The position numbers were made by a program, and so were the translations under genes. 64,000 nt of DNA from Gemmatimonadota bacterium (GTDB lineage Bacteria > Latescibacterota > UBA2968 > GCA-2709665): the NCBI GenBank assembly GCA_028873695.1, contig JAPPNU010000002.1:13728-77727 (forward strand). The letters are read 5' to 3'. The notes below the pieces were generated by a model. The model had not been told where the DNA came from. It was given only the letters and a program-made list of their open reading frames with translations, and did not search any database. Numbering within the stretch: position 1 is the first letter of the stretch; each line of letters opens with the position of its first letter. Positions 1 through 7,951 of this stretch are shown here, one piece after another.

Positions 1-1
1 G

Positions 2-268
2 CACTATACGATCCATTCGATGCCGGAGAAGGGCGGCACCTTCGGACGCCTCTGGGCGGGGATGGGCTCCTTGTTCCGCAGGGGCGAACGCAACCCCGAG
101 GTATCGGTATCCACGGAACAGGTCCGGGAGGAAACGGACCTGCAGGAGTATTTCGAGATGGACTTGAGGAACGCCAAGGCCGGCGTGAACCGGCTGACGG
201 TCCGCATTGAAGATCAAAACGGCAATGCGGTAGCGGAGAAGGAGGTCCTGTTCAGGTTGGAACGGTAA
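2..268 (+). CDS. C-terminal fragment of a GWxTD-domain protein (5' end outside window)
   Basis: Frame open from the window edge (HYTIHSMPEKGGTFGRL...AGVNRLTVRIEDQNGNAVAEKEVLFRLER). It resembles the C-terminus of the 7952-11737 protein (YTMGPKAGGVLSRL...PGRHYLNVKVTDLNSGRSFAKETTFVVQK). Confidence 0.7.
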   Translation, partial: HYTIHSMPEKGGTFGRLWAGMGSLFRRGERNPEVSVSTEQVREETDLQEYFEMDLRNAKAGVNRLTVRIEDQNGNAVAEKEVLFRLER

Positions 269-315
269 CGCGAAGGTACCGAGGATCGTGGCGACGGGGG
301 CTCGGCTGTTAGAGA

Positions 316-391
316 AATCCAGGGGTCGAAAGTCAGGATCAGGAAGAAAACCAGGTTTTCATTCCGGATTCTGATCACCGGCTTCTGGATT
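316..391. repeat. Imperfect intergenic hairpin built from degenerate ~7-mer units
   Basis: AATCCAG...TCAGGATCAGGAA-GAAAACC-A-GGTTTTC-A-TTCCGGATTCTGA...CTGGATT nested inverted repeats. Confidence 0.5.
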
Positions 392-560
392 CTTCATTGT
401 TGGAGGGCACTGCAGAACAAGAACCGTGGGACTCTTGGAGATTAGGTTCTATAGGTGGCTTGGACTGAGGTCTCATCGGGTTTTTGTACCGGATACCGAG
501 CTCCAGGCTGCGATTTGTTCCGGTTTGCGAACGATTTTCACCGCCGTTAATTTCCTGTAA

Positions 561-631
561 CTTCGCGCCTTTCGTAGTTTGGGTGTTGCCTTGATGCCTT
601 TTATTCGCGCCATTTCGCGTTATTCGTAGTT
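561..631. repeat. Degenerate ~9-mer tandem repeats (TTCGCGCCT/TTCGTAGTT type)
   Basis: CTTCGCGCCTTTCGTAGTT at 561-579 and TTCGCGCCATTTCGCGTTATTCGTAGTT at 604-631. Confidence 0.5.
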
Positions 632-671
632 TATTCTTTTCTGTTTTTGGACAGGTGTGGTTGGAGGGAGA

Positions 672-1889
672 ATGGCAAAACTGGCAATTGACGGAGGACC
701 GAAGGTACGAACCCGGCCGTTTCCCCAAAGGGCGCCGTTTGGAGAGCGGGAAGAGGAACTGTTGGTAGACGCCGTCCGGAGCCAGAATCTGTTCGGCAAG
801 AGCGGACGGTTCGTGAAGGAATTCGAAAGGGCGTTTGCCGATTTCTACGGCGTCGGGTTCGCGCAGAGTTCCACGGGCGGATCGGCGGCCATTCACCTTG
901 CCGTGGGGGCGGTGAACCCGGAACCGGGTGAAGAGATCATCACCGCGCCCGTAACCGATCCGGGTAGCGTGATGCCGATCCTGCAGCAGAACGCGGTGCC
1001 GGTCTTCGCCGACGTGGACCCGAGAACACTGAACATGACGCCCGAGTCCATCGAGACGGTCATTACCGACCGGACTCGGGCGATCATCCTGGTGCATCTC
1101 TTCGGGCGGCCGTGCGACGTGGAGGCGGTCGCGGACCTTGCGGATCGATACAGACTGATCCTGATCGAGGATTGCAGCCAGGCCCATGCCACCCGATTCA
1201 AGGGCAGGTACGTCGGCACCTTCGGACACATGGGGTGTTTCAGCCTGCAGCAGTCCAAGCACATGACGACCGGCGACGGGGGGATGACCGTTACCAATTG
1301 TGAGGAAACGTATGTTCGGCTGAAGCTGTTTTCGGATAAGGGATGGGACTATCAGTACATGGGGGAACGCGACCACGGTTTCCTGGCGCCTACCTATCGC
1401 ATGACGGAGATGCAGGGGGCCGTAGGCCTGGCGCAGCTGGAAAAGGTGCGGGCGGTCGTAGAGCGCCGGATCCATCTCGGACGGCTCCTGTGTGAATTGA
1501 TCGCGGCCGCGCCGGGAGTCGAGCCAGTGCCCGGGGAACCGGATCGGGAGGTCTCGTGGTGGAATTTCATCTTTCACGTGACGGGCCACGATCCGGGCCG
1601 ATTCTGCAAGGCGGTGTCCGCGGAGGGCGTCCCGATAGGCGCCCATTATATCGGTGACCCGATATTCATGCGCGGGAAATACCTGACTGACAAAATCACG
1701 TACGGAAAGAGTGGATGTCCCTTCACCTGCGGCGTGACGAACCGTGAATACCACTATGGACCCGAAACGACGCCCCAGGCCGTCGCGGGGCTGGGCACGG
1801 TTGCGGTGCGAGGCATCCATGAACATATGGACGAGTCGGACATCCAGGACATAGGGACCGCAATCAATAAGGTCGCCGCAAATCTGTAG
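672..1889 (+). CDS. DegT/DnrJ/EryC1/StrS-family PLP aminotransferase
   Basis: LAIDGG N-terminus, IEDCSQAH, FSLQQSKHMTTGDGG (PLP Lys); GGAGGG RBS before ATG 672. Confidence 0.93.
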   Translation: MAKLAIDGGPKVRTRPFPQRAPFGEREEELLVDAVRSQNLFGKSGRFVKEFERAFADFYGVGFAQSSTGGSAAIHLAVGAVNPEPGEEIITAPVTDPGSVMPILQQNAVPVFADVDPRTLNMTPESIETVITDRTRAIILVHLFGRPCDVEAVADLADRYRLILIEDCSQAHATRFKGRYVGTFGHMGCFSLQQSKHMTTGDGGMTVTNCEETYVRLKLFSDKGWDYQYMGERDHGFLAPTYRMTEMQGAVGLAQLEKVRAVVERRIHLGRLLCELIAAAPGVEPVPGEPDREVSWWNFIFHVTGHDPGRFCKAVSAEGVPIGAHYIGDPIFMRGKYLTDKITYGKSGCPFTCGVTNREYHYGPETTPQAVAGLGTVAVRGIHEHMDESDIQDIGTAINKVAANL

Positions 1890-1981
1890 CTGAGCCTACT
1901 GTCGGGACGACTCCTTTGGTTGCCGTCCAATGAACATTCCACATATTCCGCGAATCAGTTCGACTGCCAGGGGAGATATTG

Positions 1982-3595
1982 ATGGTTGAAGGGAAAGAGG
2001 TCCTCACGTCTCGCGGCGTCGTTGCAGCCGGGCCGGAAGAAGCGGCCCGGGTGGGTGCGCGCGTACTGGATCGGGGTGGGAACGCGATGGACGCGGCGGC
2101 CGCGGCCAGCATGGCATGCTGTATGCTGCAGCCGCAGTCCACGGGCGTGATGGGCTACGTCCTTTGCGCGCTGGTGCTGGACGGTCGGACAGGGAAGGTA
2201 TGGTCTCTGGATGCCAACTCAGTTTCGCCCGCGTCGGCGAGCGAGGCGATGTACGACGTGATGCCGACGGGAGACGGTCCGAAGGGGATCAACGAGAACG
2301 AGTACCTCTGTTCCGTACGGGACAACGCCAACGTGCACGGACCCCTTGCCGTGGGTCCGCCCGGAATGATGGCGGGGATGGGTGTGCTGTGGGAACGATG
2401 GGGCCGCTTGAAGTGGTCCGATGTCGTGGCGCCGTCCCTGACGCTGCTCGAGAATGGATTCCCGTTTGGGTCCACGGCCGCCGCGGTGCGAAACCTCGAG
2501 CCGGTCATCCGAGAGTTTCCGGCAACAGAGAAGCACCTGATGCCGCAGGGGCGTTTGCCCAACGCGGACGATTTATGGCATCGGCGGGATATGGAGAAAT
2601 CGTTGACGCGGGCATGTGAGGCGGGGTGGCGTGACTTTTACGATGGAGAAATCGGGCGGAAGATCGCGGACCACGTCAGCAGTACGGGCGGGGCGCTAAC
2701 CAGGGAGGATATGGCAGATTTCATGCCGCGTGTGACCGCCCCCTATGAAACGACGTACCGTGACGCGACCGTCTATGCCGCGATCTTGCCGAACGGCGGG
2801 TTGACCGCCCTGCAGATCCTCAATATGCTGGAATGCTTCGAGCCCGTTCCCGACGATACGGAAGCGTACTGGCACCGGTTGGCCGAAGTGCTGAAGCTGG
2901 CCTGGCGCGACAGGCTGCTCTATCTGGGCGATCCGGAACACGTTGACGTCCCGATCGAGCGGCTTCTGAGTAAGGACTACGCGGCAGGACGAGTCGAATC
3001 CCTGCGACAGTTTCCGGAATCAGTGGATCGGCGGTCTCCCTGGCCCGAGGGAGATTCTAAGACCGGGACGCTCCACGTTTCCACGGCGGACGCGGAAGGC
3101 AACGTGGCGTCCGTGACGATTTCCCAGGGCGGCGCATTCGGTTCTCTTGTCACCGTGCCCGGTACGGGTCTGATCCTGGGGCATGGGATGTGCCGCCTGG
3201 ATCCGCGGCCTGACCGCAGGAACTCGGTCGCTCCCCGAAAACGGCCCCTGAATAATACGGCGCCGCTGATGATTCGCCTCCCGGACCGGGACGTTGCGGC
3301 GGGGTTGCCCGGTGGGCGCCGGCTCGTTAGCGTAAATGCGCGAATCGCGCAGAAAATCGTGGATTTCGGCGCGTCTTCATTACAGGCCGTGTCCGGTCCC
3401 CGGATGCACGTCCAGATGGAGGAGCCTGTCATGGTAACGAGATCGCTGGACGAGGGCATTCAGGATGGATTGCTCGAAATGGGCCACGAACTGGATGTCG
3501 TCGGGGGCGTCGCGGGCGGCGCGCACTGCGCCGAATACCTGAAGACAGAGGGAAAGGTGCGGGCAGGTGGAAACACGTGGGCGGCGGGCGTTTAG
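1982..3595 (+). CDS. Gamma-glutamyltransferase family protein
   Basis: GGNAMDAA, catalytic-Thr motif GTLHVSTADAEGN, FGSLVTVPGTG, PRKRPL, GLPGG. Confidence 0.9.
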   Translation: MVEGKEVLTSRGVVAAGPEEAARVGARVLDRGGNAMDAAAAASMACCMLQPQSTGVMGYVLCALVLDGRTGKVWSLDANSVSPASASEAMYDVMPTGDGPKGINENEYLCSVRDNANVHGPLAVGPPGMMAGMGVLWERWGRLKWSDVVAPSLTLLENGFPFGSTAAAVRNLEPVIREFPATEKHLMPQGRLPNADDLWHRRDMEKSLTRACEAGWRDFYDGEIGRKIADHVSSTGGALTREDMADFMPRVTAPYETTYRDATVYAAILPNGGLTALQILNMLECFEPVPDDTEAYWHRLAEVLKLAWRDRLLYLGDPEHVDVPIERLLSKDYAAGRVESLRQFPESVDRRSPWPEGDSKTGTLHVSTADAEGNVASVTISQGGAFGSLVTVPGTGLILGHGMCRLDPRPDRRNSVAPRKRPLNNTAPLMIRLPDRDVAAGLPGGRRLVSVNARIAQKIVDFGASSLQAVSGPRMHVQMEEPVMVTRSLDEGIQDGLLEMGHELDVVGGVAGGAHCAEYLKTEGKVRAGGNTWAAGV

Positions 3596-3624
3596 GAATA
3601 TCCGGAAGCAGGATCAATTGAACC

Positions 3625-3653
3625 TGGACATGACTATATTCAAGTCGTATATT
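3625..3653 (+). promoter_or_regulatory. Putative sigma70 promoter for the 3721-4364 gene pair
   Basis: TGGACA-17 nt-TATATT in an AT-rich spacer. Confidence 0.5.
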
Positions 3654-3720
3654 TCTCAAGTAGATGTTTTTGTTCACATTGCTGCGAATAACGATGAAAC
3701 CATCGAACGGGAGGAGGAAA

Positions 3721-3996
3721 ATGCCAGTATCACACCCCCGTTTTAGCAAAGAAGAGTTCGCTCGGCGCGGTGATGAGATTTACGAGCGAGACATACGCCT
3801 CCGCATTGAGGCAGATAACAAAGGGAAGTTCGTTGTCATCGATATCGAGACTGGCGATTATGAAGTTGACGCGGATGAACTTGGGGCGTCAGATCGCCTT
3901 CTGTCCCGCAGGCCTGATGCGCAAATGTGGATGAGGCGAGTCGGTTCTCGCTATACCCGCCGCTTTGGACCGCGCTATCGGTCGGCAAAGACGTGA
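3721..3996 (+). CDS. Small hypothetical protein (DUF5678-like)
   Basis: EEFARRGDEIYERDIR...GKFVVIDIETGDYEVD; GGAGGAGG RBS; this type usually precedes retropepsin-like proteases. Confidence 0.75.
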   Translation: MPVSHPRFSKEEFARRGDEIYERDIRLRIEADNKGKFVVIDIETGDYEVDADELGASDRLLSRRPDAQMWMRRVGSRYTRRFGPRYRSAKT

Positions 3997-4364
3997 TAGC
4001 CGGTATCGTTACCGCCTACCGGGAGGCCGTAATTTCCGTAACGGTGCGAGGCCTTGAGAAACAGGCACAGGAGGTCGAGGCGGTGATTGATACCGGGTTC
4101 GATGGCTGGTTGACCCTGCCTGCTTCGCTGGTCGCAAACCTTCGCCTTCCCTGGCGCAGGCGAAGCAGGGCCAGGCTGGCGGACGGAAGCGAGGTCCTTT
4201 TCGACGTTTACGAAGCGACTGTTATATGGGACGGCAGTCCACGTCGTATCGCTGTGGACTGTGTGGACAGTGACCCGCTGATCGGTATGTCTTTGCTGGA
4301 CGGCTATGAGTTGACGGTACAGGTTATCGACGGCGGCAGAGTGGGCATAAAGGCACTTCCCTGA
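3993..4364 (+). CDS. Clan AA (retropepsin-like) aspartic protease
   Basis: AVIDTGFDG catalytic motif, LADGS, PLIGMSLL; GTGA overlap with the upstream stop. Confidence 0.88.
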   Translation: MIAGIVTAYREAVISVTVRGLEKQAQEVEAVIDTGFDGWLTLPASLVANLRLPWRRRSRARLADGSEVLFDVYEATVIWDGSPRRIAVDCVDSDPLIGMSLLDGYELTVQVIDGGRVGIKALP

Positions 4365-4452
4365 ACGGTAAGTCATTTCTACAACAAATCCCGTTCCCAA
4401 TGGGACCGCCAATCCCGTGACGGATTCAATTGCGATTTCGAAATAATGCACT

Positions 4453-4481
4453 TCGGGCCTGGTCGTTGGGGCCCGATTTTT
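4453..4481 (+). terminator. Intrinsic terminator
   Basis: TCGGGCC/GGCCCGA stem followed by TTTTT. Confidence 0.6.
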
Positions 4482-4634
4482 GTGTTTGTTACGTTCGTTA
4501 TGTATATTGCTGTGTCCAGGTGCACGGAGACGGCTGGTCGCTGGAGTCGTGAATATCGATTGCATCGGTCCCGGGTCTACGGTTATTACGATGGCTCACC
4601 GTATCAGGTGTCGGATGATGCGGGGAAGGGTACT

Positions 4635-6602
4635 ATGGCAGAGGGTTCAGCGGTTGCGGAATCGGCCGACATCAAGAGTAGCATCGAGACGCACGCGGTG
4701 ACGCTGCGCAGCGTTATCCTGGCGGGAGCGCTGGCGGTCGGGGTGAACGTCGTTGTGAACTACGTGGAGTACGTGGTCCACGCGTCGCGGATGACGTTGA
4801 GTCACTTTCCGATGGGCACCCTGCTGCTCTACCTTCTATTGGCGCTGGGACTGAACCCGCTCTGCAGGTTGCTCGCGAGTCGGTATGCGTTGTCGCCGAC
4901 CGAACTGCTGGTCGTGCTGGCGGGCGGTCTGGTCGGCGGGGCGATCCCGTCCGTAGGCCTGACGGGGTACTTCCTCGGGGCGATCGCGGCGCCTTTCTAC
5001 TTTGCGACACCGGAGAACCAGTGGGGAGAATTCTTCCATCCCTATATCCCCCATTGGCTGGCGCCAAGAAACACCAACGGTACGCTGGACTATCTGTTCG
5101 AAGGTCTGCCGCCCGGCGACGCCATTCCCTGGAATGCGTGGTTTATACCCGTAGTCTGCTGGATGGGGCTGATTACCGCCCTGTTTTTCGGTTCGGTCTG
5201 CCTCGCAGTAATTCTGCGAAAGCAATGGATGGAAAGCGAACGCATTTCGTTTCCAATATTGCGCCCCGTCACCGACCTTACCGAACGGGCGGAGACATCG
5301 GATTACCCACGACTATTCTGGATCGGATTCACAGTCGCGTTCGGTATTCTGGCCTGGAATATGATCAATTATTTCGTTCCCGGATTTCCACAGATTCCGA
5401 ACATCCGATGGGGCCCCTGGATCAGGTTCGAACGTTATTTCCCTGGTCTGTGGACGCGGATCAATATGTTTACGATTTCCTTCTGCTATTTCGCCAATAT
5501 AGACGTGTTATTCAGTCTCTGGTTCTTTGATCTTCTGTTCATCATTCGCAGCGGGATTCTGAACCGGCTTGGGATTAACGCCAGTTCGTGGTCCCACGCC
5601 TCCGCCGATTTCCAGTGGGTGCCTCTGGGCGCGTTTTTTGCGATGGTGGGATGGGGGTTCTGGACGTCGCGGAACCACTTGAAACTGGTCTTCATGAAGG
5701 CGCTCGGGAGGGACGCGCCCCTGGATGACAAAGACGAGATGATGTCGTTCCGGACGGCGGTATTCGGACTGATTGTGTGCGTTTTGTTCGCCGTATTCTG
5801 GTGGTGGCAGGCCGGAATGAGTCTCGTCCTGGCGTGTGCGTTTGTTCTGGCCGCGTTCATCCTGTATCTGGGCGTTTCGCGCATCGTGTCCGACGTGGGC
5901 CTGGTCTTCATCAGCATGCCGGTGGGGCCGCAGCGGTTTGTCACGTCCCTGTTCGGGTCGCGGAATCTGTCGGGATCCAGTCTGACGACGCTGGGATTCA
6001 CGAACGGCATCGCGTCCTACGGCAAGGGCCTGTTCATGCCGTCGGTCATTCACGGGGCCAAACTGGCGGACATCTGCCCCGGAAGCGGGCGGCGTCGCGT
6101 GCTTGCGGCGTTGTTGGTGGCATTCGGCGTGGGATGTGTTTTTTCCATCCTGTTCACGTTGTACCTCGGTTACACGTACGGGGCCTTTAATTTCAATGAC
6201 TATCCGTTCGCCCGCTACAGCAAGTCCGGCTTTGCCGGGGTGCTCACCCAGATGAATAACCCGGAGCCGCCCCACCGGTTGCAGTTGAGCCTGTTTGGGA
6301 TTGGCGCTGCGGTGATGTCTTTACTCACGTTTTTGAAATACAGGTTTCCGTGGTGGCCCTTCCACCCGGTTGGATTCGCACTGGCAGGTACGGGGACGTC
6401 CGTCCGGTATACCGTATTTTCGGTGTTTCTGGCCTGGGCTGTCAAGTTTCTCATCCTGCGAATCGGCGGGGCGGCGCTCTACCGGCGTTACGTGCCTTTC
6501 TTCCTGGGTGTGCTCGTGGGTTATTCCCTGGGCGTGGGCGTTTCGTTGATTGTGGACATGGTCTGGTTTCCCGGTGGCGGTCATTCAATACACGGGTATT
6601 GA
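4635..6602 (+). CDS. Multi-pass membrane protein, DUF6785/DUF6784-like (putative transporter)
   Basis: Many hydrophobic helices; PFYFATPENQW, LRKQWMESERISFP, RFPWWPFHPVG, LRIGGAALYRRYVPFFLG motifs. Confidence 0.75.
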   Translation: MAEGSAVAESADIKSSIETHAVTLRSVILAGALAVGVNVVVNYVEYVVHASRMTLSHFPMGTLLLYLLLALGLNPLCRLLASRYALSPTELLVVLAGGLVGGAIPSVGLTGYFLGAIAAPFYFATPENQWGEFFHPYIPHWLAPRNTNGTLDYLFEGLPPGDAIPWNAWFIPVVCWMGLITALFFGSVCLAVILRKQWMESERISFPILRPVTDLTERAETSDYPRLFWIGFTVAFGILAWNMINYFVPGFPQIPNIRWGPWIRFERYFPGLWTRINMFTISFCYFANIDVLFSLWFFDLLFIIRSGILNRLGINASSWSHASADFQWVPLGAFFAMVGWGFWTSRNHLKLVFMKALGRDAPLDDKDEMMSFRTAVFGLIVCVLFAVFWWWQAGMSLVLACAFVLAAFILYLGVSRIVSDVGLVFISMPVGPQRFVTSLFGSRNLSGSSLTTLGFTNGIASYGKGLFMPSVIHGAKLADICPGSGRRRVLAALLVAFGVGCVFSILFTLYLGYTYGAFNFNDYPFARYSKSGFAGVLTQMNNPEPPHRLQLSLFGIGAAVMSLLTFLKYRFPWWPFHPVGFALAGTGTSVRYTVFSVFLAWAVKFLILRIGGAALYRRYVPFFLGVLVGYSLGVGVSLIVDMVWFPGGGHSIHGY

Positions 6603-6683
6603 CCCGCATTGTTCAGAAGAGGCCTTTAGCACGAATCATGCGTCGTTCGAAGCTCGAAAAGGGGTTTATTCAGGAGGTGGTTC

Positions 6684-7910
6684 ATGGAAACGGCAGTTGA
6701 GCGATCGGTTGCCCGTTCGTGGGCGTTGTACGACCAGGCGCAGGAGGTCATCCCGCTGGGCACGCAGACGCATTCCAAGGCCCCGAGAGAGGCGCTGCGG
6801 GGAGTGGAGCCCTGCTACCTGGTTCGGGGCGATGGTTGCCGGGTATGGGATGCCGATGGCAATGAATACATAGATTTCAGGAACGGGCTTGGCCCCATAA
6901 CTCTGGGGTACCGTTACCCGGCGGTGGATGAGGCCGTCAGGGAACAACTGCAAAGTGGTATCGTATTCAGTTACCCGCACCCGCTGGAAGTCGAGGTTGC
7001 GCGGCGGCTGGTGGAGGTACTCCCCTGCGCGGAACGGGTCCGGTTCCTGAAGACAGGCGGTGAGGCCATGGCGGCGGCGCACCGCCTCTCGAGGGCGTTC
7101 ACGGAACGGGAACTCATCCTGACCTGCGGGTATCACGGTTGGGTTAATACGATGGCCAGGGGCGGGGTGCCGGAGGCGACACGCAAGACCTATGCCACAA
7201 TGCCGTGGGGCGACGTCGGGCCGTATGCCGAGGCATTTGAGTCTGCTCCCGGTGAGATTGCTGCCGTAAGCGTGGCGTGCGGTTACGCGGAAATCGAACA
7301 GGGGCGTTCCTTTCTGAGGGAACTGCGGACGTTAACACGGCAGCATGGCGCCGTCCTCATTTTCGATGAAATCGTAACCGGGTTCCGGCTGAGCCGGGCG
7401 GGCGCGCAGGAATATTTCGGGGTGGTTCCCGATATGGCGGTGTTTGCGAAGGGACTGTCGAACGGCGTGCCTCTTTCCTGTTTCGTGGGAAGGGCGGATG
7501 TGATGGAGACGGTGGCGGATTGCGTCGTGTCGTCAACCTTCGGAGGTGATACGCTCGGGCTCGCCGCGGCGCGGGCCGTGCTGGACGTGTATGAACGTGA
7601 GGATGTAATCGGCACGCTGTGGAAGCGCGGCGAACAGCTTCACGAAGGCTTCAACGCGTGCAGCGGGAGACTGGGCCTGCCTGCGCGCTTCGTTGGCGCG
7701 CCCCCCGTCGGGCAACTGGTATTCGACCATCCCGACGCGGCACGGCTGTTCCTCAGGTTCAACGAGGAAGTACTCAGGCGTGGGATCATCGTCTATTCCG
7801 TCTGCTATACCAATTACTCGCACTCGGAGGCGGATATCGACGAGGCTGTGGATGCGATGGGCGAGGCATTGGAAGTAATCGCAACAGAAGGGTTGTTCGA
7901 CAGGGGGTAA
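6684..7910 (+). CDS. Class III aminotransferase (GSA-aminomutase-like)
   Basis: WDADGNEYID, RFLKTGGEA, GYHGW, FDEIVTGFR, FAKGLSNG. Confidence 0.9.
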   Translation: METAVERSVARSWALYDQAQEVIPLGTQTHSKAPREALRGVEPCYLVRGDGCRVWDADGNEYIDFRNGLGPITLGYRYPAVDEAVREQLQSGIVFSYPHPLEVEVARRLVEVLPCAERVRFLKTGGEAMAAAHRLSRAFTERELILTCGYHGWVNTMARGGVPEATRKTYATMPWGDVGPYAEAFESAPGEIAAVSVACGYAEIEQGRSFLRELRTLTRQHGAVLIFDEIVTGFRLSRAGAQEYFGVVPDMAVFAKGLSNGVPLSCFVGRADVMETVADCVVSSTFGGDTLGLAAARAVLDVYEREDVIGTLWKRGEQLHEGFNACSGRLGLPARFVGAPPVGQLVFDHPDAARLFLRFNEEVLRRGIIVYSVCYTNYSHSEADIDEAVDAMGEALEVIATEGLFDRG

Positions 7911-7951
7911 TGTACTTATCTTACAGGTATTCCCTGTAACCGCACCTTGAA

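Noticed and set aside
375-1826. Long antisense ORFs (also 22952-24493, 53016-53915, 56295-57542, 59108-60880, 24465-25559 and others)
   Set aside because: They are shadow frames of well-supported genes on the opposite strand, expected at high GC, and show no family motifs
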